Shown here one piece after another: positions 39,507 to 49,103 of a DNA stretch of 50,783 nucleotides (position 1 is the stretch's first letter; each line of letters opens with the position of its first letter). The notes under the pieces are model-generated. The model was not told the origin of the DNA. It was given only the letters and a program-made list of their open reading frames with translations, and searched no databases. A program made the translations under genes and the position numbers. The stretch covers positions 1 to 50,783 of the forward strand of contig JAUWZV010000003.1 of NCBI GenBank assembly GCA_030615105.1, given 5' to 3'. This stretch comes from Desulfobacteraceae bacterium. Lineage in GTDB: Bacteria > Desulfobacterota > DSM-4660 > Desulfatiglandales > B25-G16.

Positions 39507-39585
39507 TCAGCGGAAAGCAAAAAATAACTAAACCTTAGCGCTCTTCGCGCCTTTGCGGTGGCTGACTAAGAAAAATTAGTTACCA

Positions 39586-40698
39586 ATGATGAAAATTAAG
39601 GTTCTCTCTGTTTTTGGTACGCGTCCCGAAGCCCTTAAAATGGCGCCTGTAATCCAGAAGCTGAAGGCTCAAAGCTCTAAGTTCAAGGGTGTTCTTTGCG
39701 TTACTGCTCAACATCGGGAAATGTTGGATCAGGTGCTTAATTTGTTTGATATTACCCCAGATTATGACCTGGATTTGATGACATCAGATCAGTCACCCTC
39801 AAATGTTGCTTCGAGGGTTTTCGAGAAGATGGAGGGGGTAATCGCAAAGGAAAAACCGGCGTGGGTTTTGGTGCAAGGAGACACAACAACTGTTATGGCC
39901 ACAAGTCTGGTTGCCTATCATAACGGGGTGAAGGTGGGTCACATAGAAGCAGGACTTCGATCTGGTGATAAGTTTCAGCCCTTTCCAGAAGAGATTAATC
40001 GTAGGGTAGTTGGAGCAGTAGCTGATTTACACTTTGCACCTACAGATAGAGCTCGTGAGAATTTATTAAAGGAAAATGTTCCTGCTGATAATATTGTTGT
40101 TACCGGAAATACAGTAATTGATGCCCTTCATTGGGTGGCAGAACAACCCTTTGATATTGAGAAGAGCCCATTAAAGGATATCTCTTGGCAGAAACGAATA
40201 ATTTTGGTTACAGCTCACCGGAGGGAGAACCTTGGGAAGCCTATTCATGAGATATATAATGCTTTGAGAAAAATTGCCAATAGTTTTGACTCTGTGCATT
40301 TGGTCTACCCAGTTCATTTGAACCCTCATATCCATGGCCCAGTGTATGAGTTGCTTGATGGTGTGGATAATATTACGTTATTGTCTCCCCTTCATTATCA
40401 GTCCCTTGTGCATTTAATCAGCCGATCATATTTAGTTTTGACGGATTCGGGCGGTATTCAGGAAGAAGCTCCCAGTTTTGGTAAACCAGTATTGGTTTTG
40501 AGGAACACAACTGAACGTCCGGAAGGGATTGAAGCAGGAATAGCGAAGCTGGTTGGTACCAACCGACAACGAATCGTGGAAGAAACAGAACGATTATTGG
40601 ATGACAGTGAGACCTATCAATCAATGGCCCGTTCTGGTAATCCTTACGGGGACGGACATGCCGCCGAAAGGATTGTTTGTGCCCTTTTGGATAAATAG
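39586..40698 (+). CDS. wecB: UDP-N-acetylglucosamine 2-epimerase (non-hydrolysing)
   Basis: FGTRPEALKMAP, TAQHREMLDQV, QGDTTT, HIEAGLR, TAHRRE, TDSGGIQEEAP, NPYGDG. Confidence 0.95.
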   Translation: MMKIKVLSVFGTRPEALKMAPVIQKLKAQSSKFKGVLCVTAQHREMLDQVLNLFDITPDYDLDLMTSDQSPSNVASRVFEKMEGVIAKEKPAWVLVQGDTTTVMATSLVAYHNGVKVGHIEAGLRSGDKFQPFPEEINRRVVGAVADLHFAPTDRARENLLKENVPADNIVVTGNTVIDALHWVAEQPFDIEKSPLKDISWQKRIILVTAHRRENLGKPIHEIYNALRKIANSFDSVHLVYPVHLNPHIHGPVYELLDGVDNITLLSPLHYQSLVHLISRSYLVLTDSGGIQEEAPSFGKPVLVLRNTTERPEGIEAGIAKLVGTNRQRIVEETERLLDDSETYQSMARSGNPYGDGHAAERIVCALLDK

Positions 40699-40710
40699 GA
40701 GTTTGAGATC

Positions 40711-41790
40711 ATGAGCGAATTAAAATACTACGAGATGAAGCGAACCGAGCACGACTTGAAACTCTTTCACCAATTTCTAATTGTGAATGGATGGCAGCGA
40801 GACTATGAATTAATAAAATGGCAATATTATAACCGTCCTATGCAACAGATTTATCGCATTTTTGCTATAGATAATACGGATAATAATAGTGAGGAAAAGA
40901 TCGTAGCTGGTTACGGTGTTGTGCCGGAGTATTTCAAAGTTGGGAACAATACTGGCGTTGCGGTGGTTTCCGTTGATACATTAACTTCTACCGCTTATCG
41001 ACGACGTGGGCTATATTCGAAAATGGCATCCTTGGTTTATCACCGTTGCGAAAATGAAGGCGTTGTTTTAGCTTATGGATTTCCGAATCAGAACTCAGCA
41101 CCTGCTCGTTTTAATCGTTTAGGTTGGTTCTCTTTTGGTCAGACGCCAATTCTCTCCAAACCTCTTAGAATGAGTTGTTTTTTCCGGTTAATGAAAGCTC
41201 CGACTCGTATGGTATCAATGTTATCAAGATTCAAAGCTTGCCGTTTATCGCTACCGGAACTGGGTGCTTCGCAAGAGATTAAGTCCGTCAATAATTTTAA
41301 TGACAAGCAGTTTGATGAACTATGGCACCGTTTTTCAAGTACTATTCCCCTGGCCATTCATAGAAATAGAGCATACTTGAACTGGCGGTTGATAGCTAAA
41401 CCTGGCTCAAATTATCGAACGCTGTCATTTATTGAAAAAGGGGAAATCAGGGGATTCGTGGCCTACTGTGTGTTGGAGAAAAGGGGTGGAAAAACCGGGT
41501 ACATTTTAGAGCTTATTTATGAGCCTAATGAGCATTATATTGGGGAGGCTCTGTTAGATCATGCTATAAATAAAATATTTTTGGCCGGTGGTGAATATGT
41601 CAATGCATTGAACCTTTCACACTCGCCGAACCATGCGGCTTTTAAGAAAAAAGGGTTTTATTATGTGCCGAAGATAATACGAACCGGAGAGTGCCACTTC
41701 GGAACAAGAAAATTTAAGGCAGCAGGAGAAATTGAAGTATATAAGCTGAGTAACTGGTACATTAGCTATTGTGATTCCGACACTGAATGA
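40711..41790 (+). CDS. GNAT family N-acyltransferase
   Basis: DTLTSTAYRRRGLY (acyl-CoA binding), YGFPNQNS, RNRAYLNWR; tandem GNAT length. Confidence 0.8.
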   Translation: MSELKYYEMKRTEHDLKLFHQFLIVNGWQRDYELIKWQYYNRPMQQIYRIFAIDNTDNNSEEKIVAGYGVVPEYFKVGNNTGVAVVSVDTLTSTAYRRRGLYSKMASLVYHRCENEGVVLAYGFPNQNSAPARFNRLGWFSFGQTPILSKPLRMSCFFRLMKAPTRMVSMLSRFKACRLSLPELGASQEIKSVNNFNDKQFDELWHRFSSTIPLAIHRNRAYLNWRLIAKPGSNYRTLSFIEKGEIRGFVAYCVLEKRGGKTGYILELIYEPNEHYIGEALLDHAINKIFLAGGEYVNALNLSHSPNHAAFKKKGFYYVPKIIRTGECHFGTRKFKAAGEIEVYKLSNWYISYCDSDTE

Positions 41791-41811
41791 AAAAGGACCC
41801 CTTTAATAAAG

Positions 41812-42699
41812 ATGGTTATCAACGGGAATTTAGCTAAAATGACCTTAGTAAACAAGTTCTTAAATTGGACAATAAGAGCATCAACCAGTAGTATTTTATG
41901 TCCCATATATGTGTTTAAAAGGATGGCATTCTCCGAAAAGTCAATACCCATATTATATTATCACAGAGTAAGCCCGCACGCTGTTGAATCAGTTAACCCT
42001 GAATTCTTTGAACAGCAGATACGTTGGCTTAAAAAAGAGAATTATCGATTTATTTCCCTTAAGGAATACTTTAGTGAAAAAGATGAAAATTACTTTTGGA
42101 AACAGAATAATGTATTGCTCACATTCGATGAGGGTTATGAAGACAACTATTTATATGCTTATCCTGTTTTAAAGCGTTATAAAGCAACATGCACGATATT
42201 CCTTGCCACTTATTATGTGGATAATGAATGTATAATGCCATGGCATGAGTTTCAGCCGAGTGCCAACGAATATTTTCGGATGCTTTCTTGGGATCAGATA
42301 AAAGAAATGAGCGAATTTGGCATAGAGTTTGGATCACATACTGTAAACCACCCAGACCTGACATCCCTTGACGATGCTGAGTTAAGAGAAGAGCTTTGGA
42401 AATCCCGTAAAACAATCAAAACCCATATCGGAAAGAGTGTTAATTTTCTATGTTATCCCTTTGGGTGGTATAGCAAGAGAGTTATAGACGTAGCTAAAGA
42501 GGTAGGATACAAGGGAGCATGTTCCAGTATCTATGGCCTAAATAGAAGGGATGTTCCTTCTTTCGAACTTAGAAGGATATATATTGGGACTAAAATCCAG
42601 ACACTTTTTGACTTTTATAAAAGAGTAATTGGTGCATACGATATTCCCATTTATATTTATCAGAAGTTGTTCACACGTGAAATTCCCCGTTTAGAATAA
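41812..42699 (+). CDS. Polysaccharide deacetylase (CE4/NodB family)
   Basis: ILYYHRV, LTFDEGY, GSHTVNHPDL, CYPFG. Confidence 0.88.
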   Translation: MVINGNLAKMTLVNKFLNWTIRASTSSILCPIYVFKRMAFSEKSIPILYYHRVSPHAVESVNPEFFEQQIRWLKKENYRFISLKEYFSEKDENYFWKQNNVLLTFDEGYEDNYLYAYPVLKRYKATCTIFLATYYVDNECIMPWHEFQPSANEYFRMLSWDQIKEMSEFGIEFGSHTVNHPDLTSLDDAELREELWKSRKTIKTHIGKSVNFLCYPFGWYSKRVIDVAKEVGYKGACSSIYGLNRRDVPSFELRRIYIGTKIQTLFDFYKRVIGAYDIPIYIYQKLFTREIPRLE

Positions 42700-42725
42700 T
42701 CAACGATGACCCGATTGACGGAAAA

Positions 42726-43712
42726 TTGAAAGTGAAATTGCTTCCGCGATACTGGCATACCACTCGTTATCTCCGGACCGGTCAGATTTGTTACCAGATC
42801 TATCGTCGGCTTTTATCGCCTCGAATGGTCACTACAGTTGACGCAATTCCTTCTTTTAAAAAAATTGATCTGATATCCTGGCCTGAAAGTCAGAAAAGCT
42901 ATCTAGGTGGAGGGAAATTCTGTTTTCTCAACGCGGAATTTGACCTTGGACGGCCTGTTGACTGGGCGGCTTCAGGTGCTTCGCGACTCTGGAAATATAA
43001 TCTCCATTATTTTGATTTTCTTCATCAATCCGGTATGGATTGGCCATCCGGCCTAGAATTGATACGAAGCTGGATTCAAGGCAATTCCATAAGCAGGACA
43101 AACGTGGGCTGGGAACCCTATCCCCTCTCCTTGCGCTTGGTAAACTGGATCAAATTTTTCGCGTGCCGGTCTGATCCGCCTGAGGATTTTTTGAATAGCC
43201 TGATGTTGCAGGCTGCTTACCTCAAACGCAGAGTGGAATATCACATTCTTGGGAATCATCTGTGGGCCAATGGTAAGGCGCTCTGGTTTGCCGGTACATA
43301 TCTGGAGCTCGGGGATATTGCAGGCCTGGGGCGTGAGATCATTCTGAAGGAGATGAAAGAGCAGTTCCTTCCTGATGGCGGTCATTTCGAACTTTCACCC
43401 ATGTATCATTCTATTGTCCTTGAGGATCTTCTGGATTTAATAAATCTATTATACCAATCAGGAAAATCTGATGAAAGGGAAGATCTGGAAGTGTTGCGCA
43501 AACAGGCGCGCAGTTCCCTGTCATGGCTTGGCAGGTTGGTTGATGAGGAAGGGAACATTCCTTTGCTGAATGATTCTGTATATGGAGTAGCTTCATCATA
43601 TAGGAAACTTAAATCTTATGCGGAGAAAATGGACATATTTCCTGATGGTAAGAATATTTACTTAGAGTCATTTGGTAACTGGACAGGTTATAACCTTTCT
43701 GGAGGAGATTAA
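42726..43712 (+). pseudogene. Heparinase II/III family protein, N-terminal half only
   Basis: LWKYNLHYFD, WEPYPLSLR, EYHILGNHL, DGGHFELSPMYH, PLLNDS. The C-terminal domain is missing and runs into a wecB fragment. Confidence 0.82.
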
Positions 43713-44424
43713 TCGTAGAGTGGTCGGGGTGACTGCTGATTTGCATTTTGCTCCAACAAAAGGAGCTCGTGAGAATTTATTAAGGGAAAATGTACAGGAC
43801 GATCATATTGTTGTTACTGGCAATACAATAATTGATGCTCTTCATTGGGTGGTTAGACAGCCCTTCGATCTTGAAAAAGGCCCATTGAAGGATATCCCCT
43901 GGGAGAAACGAATAGTCTTAGTTACTGCTCATCGTAGGGAAAACTTCGGGAAACCCATTCGTGAAATATGTGTTGCCTTAAGGAAAGTTGCTGAGACTTT
44001 TAAGGATGTACATTTGGTTTATCCTGTTCACCTGAACCCCCATATTCATGCTCCTGTATATGAGTTGTTTGATAGTGTAGATAATATTACGTTATTACCT
44101 CCACTTGATTATCAAACTCTTATATATTTAATGAGCCGATCATATTTGGTTCTGACCGATTCGGGCGGCATTCAGGAAGAAGCTCCCAGTTTTGGTAAAC
44201 CGGTGTTGGTTTTGAGGAACACAACTGAACGTCCGGAAGGGATTGAAGCGGGAATAGCGAAGCTGGTTGGTACCAACCAACAGCGAATTGTGGAAGAAAC
44301 AGAGAGTTTACTGAATGATAGTGAGATCTATGAATCGATGGCCTGCATTGTTAATCCTTACGGAGATGGGCATGCAGCGGAAAGGATAGCAGGTGCCCTG
44401 CTAAATTTTGAGGGAAGTAATTGA
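43694..44424 (+). pseudogene. wecB: 5'-truncated second wecB copy
   Basis: From EEINRRVVG onward it closely parallels 39586-40698; lacks about 130 N-terminal residues. Confidence 0.85.
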
Positions 44425-45329
44425 AGGTTCTGGTTACAGGAGCTACTGGATTTACAGGCAAGAGAGTCCTTCCCCTCCTTGCGGGGAAAGGAGAGATCCG
44501 GTGTTTTGTACGTCCGAATAGCAATGTTCAAAAGATTAAGAAACTTGGTTATGAATTAGCATATGGGGACCTCGCTGATTTAAATGTTCTCAGACGGGCC
44601 ATGTCAGGATGTAATATCCTGATTAATATTGCTTCTCTTGGGTTCGGGCATGCTCCTGGAATTGTGAAAACAGCGGAGAACTCTGGAATAAGAAGAGCAA
44701 TATTCATAAGTACCACAGCTTTGTTTACCCGATTAGATGCCAACTCAAAATCGGTTCGCCAACAAGCAGAGGATTGTATAAAAGCATCGAAGCTTGATTG
44801 GACTATTTTACGCCCGACTATGATTTATGGCGCACCTGCTGATCGCAACATTTGCCGCCTGATTAGGTATCTTCAGCGATGGCCTATTATCCCAATTATT
44901 GGTAACGGCAGATACTTACAACAGCCCGTATATGTTGAGGATGTAGCCAAGGCAATTGTTAATGCCTTAATGACAGAGCGCACGATTGGAAAGTCTTATA
45001 ACATACCGGGTGCAACAGCGCTTACCTTCAATGAGGTAATCGATACAATTTATAAACTATTAGGGCGCAAGGATTACAAAATTCATATGCCAGTTTCACC
45101 AGTTGTAAAAGGCCTCGGTGCTGCGGAGCGCCTTGGCTTGAATTTACCAATTAAGGCTGAACAGATACTAAGACTTAATGAAGACAAAGCCTTTGATTTC
45201 CATGAAGCTGCCAGAGATTTTGGATATGCTCCCCGTTCTTTTGTTGAGGGTATTACCCTAGAGCTTGAGGAAATGGGTATTACTCATTTAGGAAAAGAGC
45301 GGGATCCGAAATATGAAACAATTGAGTAG
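44421..45329 (+). CDS. NAD-dependent epimerase/dehydratase (atypical SDR)
   Basis: VLVTGATGFTG, LRPTMIYG, QPVYVEDVA. Confidence 0.88.
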   Translation: MKVLVTGATGFTGKRVLPLLAGKGEIRCFVRPNSNVQKIKKLGYELAYGDLADLNVLRRAMSGCNILINIASLGFGHAPGIVKTAENSGIRRAIFISTTALFTRLDANSKSVRQQAEDCIKASKLDWTILRPTMIYGAPADRNICRLIRYLQRWPIIPIIGNGRYLQQPVYVEDVAKAIVNALMTERTIGKSYNIPGATALTFNEVIDTIYKLLGRKDYKIHMPVSPVVKGLGAAERLGLNLPIKAEQILRLNEDKAFDFHEAARDFGYAPRSFVEGITLELEEMGITHLGKERDPKYETIE

Positions 45330-45376
45330 CGTTCGTTGAGTTTGGCGTCTGCCTGAAGTTTATCTTGGATAAGGTA

Positions 45377-46384
45377 ATGGGATCAGAAAACGGATTTTAC
45401 CTTTTATGTTTGCTCAGTACCACCTTAGGTAGTTTAGGAGCCTGGATCATAGCACATACGGCGTATCAACTTGGACTAATTGACCATCCAAATCAACGGA
45501 GCTCACATCATAGATCAACCCCAAAAGGCGGCGGGATTGGAATCCTTGCCGCCTTTGTGCTCACCTCTTTGTTCATTCAAATCCACTCAACTTTTTGGAT
45601 ACCTACCACTTTGCTTGCTCTGCTAAGCTTTTTTGGGGACAAACTCGATCTTTCCCCAAGGCTTCGTCTGCCTTTGCAGTTCATTGCTGCCATTGCTCTT
45701 CTTACAGGAACGAGGCAATTCCAATTAGGCCAAATAAATGGACTGGTCTTGATTATCCCTCTGGCATTTTTTGCTGTGGGAACCGCCAATCTCTATAATT
45801 TTATGGATGGAATCAATGGCATTTCTGCAATCACTGGCATAGTAGGGTTTGGACTTCTGGCTCTTTCTGACTTCCTTTCAGGAGGTGATAAGTCCTTCGT
45901 AATGCTTTCTATCTGTATCTCCCTTTCCTGTCTTGGATTCTTACCTTTCAATGTGCCGAAGGCTAAGGTCTTCATGGGGGATGTGGGGAGTATTCTTCTT
46001 GGGTTTGTTTTTGCCGGAATGGTGGTTGCGCTTTCAAAAGGTTTTCTGGATTTTGTCTGCCTCACGAGCTTCCTTTTTGCTTTTTATGCAGATGAATTGT
46101 CCACCATGGCTGTTCGCTTAAGAGATGGTGAGAATCTACTCCGCCCTCACCGCAGACATCTCTACCAACTTTTAGCAAACGAAAAAGGGGTCTCTCATTG
46201 GAAGATTTCAGTGGGTTATGGACTGTTTCAGTTGGTTGTGGGCGTTACTGTTCTACTGCTCAAACCTCTTGGAATCCTTGTGATCTTATCGCTTTTAGCG
46301 GCTTATTTTAGCGCTTTTGTTGTGGTCAGTTCGGCGATTCGCAAGAATCTAGCCCCATCATCTCCCAGTCCCCAAGGAAGTTGA
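45377..46384 (+). CDS. MraY/WecA-family polyprenyl-phosphate HexNAc-1-P transferase (WbpL/WbcO-like)
   Basis: DHPNQRSSH..TPKGGG, NLYNFMDGING, FMGDVGS, PHRRHLYQ; many transmembrane segments. Confidence 0.9.
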   Translation: MGSENGFYLLCLLSTTLGSLGAWIIAHTAYQLGLIDHPNQRSSHHRSTPKGGGIGILAAFVLTSLFIQIHSTFWIPTTLLALLSFFGDKLDLSPRLRLPLQFIAAIALLTGTRQFQLGQINGLVLIIPLAFFAVGTANLYNFMDGINGISAITGIVGFGLLALSDFLSGGDKSFVMLSICISLSCLGFLPFNVPKAKVFMGDVGSILLGFVFAGMVVALSKGFLDFVCLTSFLFAFYADELSTMAVRLRDGENLLRPHRRHLYQLLANEKGVSHWKISVGYGLFQLVVGVTVLLLKPLGILVILSLLAAYFSAFVVVSSAIRKNLAPSSPSPQGS

Positions 46385-46497
46385 ATGAAGGTGTGTCCAT
46401 ATATACTCCACTTGTGCCTATCCCCCATCATTTTCCCTACTATCACTATAAAGTTCTTTATGCTGTAGGTTGGATGGGATGAATTGAGGAGGTAACA

Positions 46498-46737
46498 GTG
46501 TTTGAAGCAACACCGAAAATGCTGGCAAAGAATTATTTTGCTGATATCATGGGGATTAACCTGGAATTTGCTCTGCAAAATTATGACTGGCAAAGCTGGT
46601 ATCCCATGACAGACAACGGAATCACTGTCACTGGCTTTTGGGATGCAAGGAAACGCGTTGAAATTCCCGAAGGATATGAACTGGACGAAAGCCGCAGATA
46701 TTTAAGGAAGATGACTCGAGATGATAAGCGAGGTTAG
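46498..46737 (+). CDS. Small hypothetical protein
   Basis: GAGGAGG RBS before GTG; 61 bp of it recur exactly at 49303-49363. Confidence 0.55.
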   Translation: MFEATPKMLAKNYFADIMGINLEFALQNYDWQSWYPMTDNGITVTGFWDARKRVEIPEGYELDESRRYLRKMTRDDKRG

Positions 46738-46847
46738 CGAAGACCTCTTTGAGCATGATCTCTTCCTCTGCCGCGTCATGCTAAAGCCCTTTCGCTATTC
46801 TCTTTACGCCTGGGGGCTTATCTGAAGGGGGACGCCCTTAAATTTCT

Positions 46848-48096
46848 GTACGAGGTCGCGAGACCGTTATCTTGTAACCTGAAAGGAGGTTATCATATCA
46901 ATTGCCCTTTTGGATATGTAGGCAGAGGGCGGGTTCGTGTGGTAACACACGGGCCGAACTTGCCCCGACACGGTGCCGAGACGGCTCGCAGAAATGCGGG
47001 TTTTACCCAGTCAGGGGTGCCGGCCGAAACCGCAGGCCGTAGCATAAAGCGAATGGTGCAGCTTCGTAAAAGGTGACTGGACGGTGATAGCTGGGAGAGT
47101 CTGGTTGAGGGATAAACCCCGCTAAGCGGGGATACACGCCGATCCTCTAGAATTTGGGAGAAGGCCGGAGCCATCAGGGAAGCAAAGGGCGTATGCACCT
47201 GATGGGGACCCGGGGTATGGCCAGTGGCATGCGGTGAAAGATAAGGGAGGTAGGACCTGAGATCCCAGCGTCTCCGCAGGACTCCAACTGCGGTAAACAT
47301 GATTCAAGTGGGGTGAAACCGGCAAGAAACGTGTGAGGGGCGTAGGGAAGTCGGAGTGGCCTTGAAGTGATGAAGGGTAAGATAACATAACTTACCTGGA
47401 GCGTGGGGCCATACTTCGACCGCGTTTGGAAGGTAGGTTGAGGTGTGAAACGGTGTAGATATCTATTTGTAAGGATAAGCAGCGGGTTAGAGGAGTCCCG
47501 CGGAACAAAAACCCAACTGTGGTGGCAGGAGAACGGAGCCATTGCAGGCAAAGAAAAAGGCCGTTCTCGAATTACAAAAGATATATGCATGAGTTACATT
47601 TCTATCCATGAATGTGGTAAGAAGGCATGAGTGCTCAAGGAGCTATTAACATGCGTAATAAGGTTTCTGACTTACAGTCCAAACTATACCATGCAGCGAA
47701 GCAGTCGCTGGATAGGAAATTCGGAGCGCTTTACGATAAGATATATCGTGAAGATGTTATTCTGGAGGCCTGGAAGCGAGGATTTGTCCGGGATCGACTG
47801 CGAATATTCCTGAAGCGGAAGTACAGTGATCAATCGAGGGGCACACGGAGGGTCCACGGCAATCTACCTGTTCGACTGGGATTATACCAGTTCGGTTGAT
47901 CGAAGTACTTCAACGACAACGGTTATTGATAAGCCTATGGGGAAGGTCGTCGGTGAGCCGTAACGGGGAAAACTCGACTTACGGTTCGACGAGGGGGCTA
48001 AGGGAACGAAGGTATGGAAGTCGGATTGAGGTCCACCGGGAAACCTGTGGAGAAACTACCGAACCCTGGAGCCACTGCACCGAGGTTCTACTCTAC
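46848..48096 (+). mobile_element. Group II intron with internally deleted RT/maturase ORF
   Basis: Domain V GAGCCGTAACGGGGAAAACTCGACTTACGGTTC (47955-47987), 3' end ...CTACTCTAC (48096), domain II/III-like agtcggagtggcc...gatgaag...ggagcgtggggcc. The 5' end GTACG at 46848 is inferred. Confidence 0.8.
47627..47899 (+). pseudogene. Intron-encoded protein remnant (RT0 N-terminus fused in frame to the C-terminal end)
   Basis: LQSKLYHAAKQ..RKFGALYDKIYREDVILEAWKR|GFVRDRLRIFLKRKY...LGLYQF; no YADD domain. Confidence 0.82.
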
Positions 48097-48150
48097 AAAT
48101 AACTTCTTACCCATTTACGCTAGAGGCTTGTCCGCCGTCAGTTTGGAGGG

Positions 48151-48454
48151 CCCCGGTTAAATAGTTTCACTGAGTGAAACTTTCTTCGAATTTAACAGGG
48201 CAGGCCCCGGTTAAATAGAAAGACAAAATCCCCGGTGGAATACCCCGAAAGAGTGTCCGCTAAGCAGAATTCCATTGGGCAGACATTTAATTGGGCAGGT
48301 TGGGCAGGCCCCAGTACGATACTCAGTACCTACCCCAGAGGAATAGCTCCACCCCAGTGAAATAGGCTGCGCATTTCACGGGGCAAGCATTCCACCCCAG
48401 TACGATATTCTATACCTACGGGGCAGGCAGGGCGGGCGGGGCAGGCGGGGTAAA
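48151..48454 (-). repeat. Pile-up of at least 7 tandem or nested palindromic mini elements
   Basis: Units at 48151-48204; 48205-48299 containing 48230-48283; and 48309-48445 containing 48333-48436, which contains 48352-48387 and 48395-48427. Confidence 0.85.
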
Positions 48455-48800
48455 CACTTTTGGGTAAATTGCGACTATGCCTTTTATACCCAATCCACTT
48501 GTTAGGGGGTCTTCATTCATATTCTGCTTTGTCAACCTGGCAGCATTGGTGGGGGTGGCTGGGTTTGTGATGGAGAAGAAGACGCGGCGATAGAAGCCGG
48601 TAAGGTACCACCGTTGGGCCTAAGACAAAGCGCATGGAGTATCAGGCGATCTTAGGAAGGTGGCAGGAAGTAGGATGGAAGGCGCAGGTCACAAAGAGCA
48701 GGGGGCATGGGAAAAGAAGGTATAGATTAAAGCTGAAGACTCAAAGTTGGAGAAACTCGGGGATTCCGAATTATGGAATCAAGGAATTCAGAATTGATAT

Positions 48801-49103
48801 TCATAGTCTTTTTGCAGATTCTTTTGTGACATGGGCTTTTTTAAGTTCCTTGAGATCCCTCACGTCGAATGTATATGCCCTGCCTATTTTGTAGGCTAAT
48901 ATTCGACCTGTTTTAACCCATCTTCTAAGGGTCACAGATGACACTCCGAGATACTCCGATGCCTGTTTTAGATTAAACGGCTTTCTTGCAATTTCATCCT
49001 GCCATCGTTCTATGTACAGAATCTCAGGGGCATCCGGATGAGGGCCCTTTATTCCAAACTCTATAATATGGCGTGCAACTTTCTCTCTATCGTTCATGGG
49101 CAC
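48801..49103 (-). CDS. Excisionase-like HTH DNA-binding protein (HTH_17/MerR-like), possibly 5'-truncated
   Basis: FNLKQASEYLGVSSVTLRRWVKTGRILAYKIG. Confidence 0.75.
   Translation of the reverse strand: MPMNDREKVARHIIEFGIKGPHPDAPEILYIERWQDEIARKPFNLKQASEYLGVSSVTLRRWVKTGRILAYKIGRAYTFDVRDLKELKKAHVTKESAKRL

Larger units (their letters stand above)
38474..39560 (+). mobile_element. GxxExxY cassette 2: 27-bp repeat, hairpin, GxxExxY, hairpin, 27-bp repeat
   Basis: cactgcagaggcacagagcacacagag (38474-38500), hairpin 38511-38544, gene, interrupted hairpin ~39417-39523, cttagcgctcttcgcgcctttgcggtg (39534-39560). Same layout as cassette 1. Confidence 0.7.

Noticed and set aside
46893-47630. ORFs of 61-138 aa on both strands
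   Set aside because: They overlap the structured group II intron RNA and carry no protein motifs.
47627-47899. Retron, DGR or defence reverse transcriptase
   Set aside because: It is a group II IEP remnant without a catalytic domain; no TR/VR pair or msr-msd was seen.
48151-48454. Possible CRISPR array
   Set aside because: Repeats are nested inverted units of variable sequence, not identical direct repeats with regular spacers; no cas genes.
48453-48508. attC-like site on the minus strand (CCTAAC...GTTTA)
   Set aside because: Poor R/L box complementarity; single instance.
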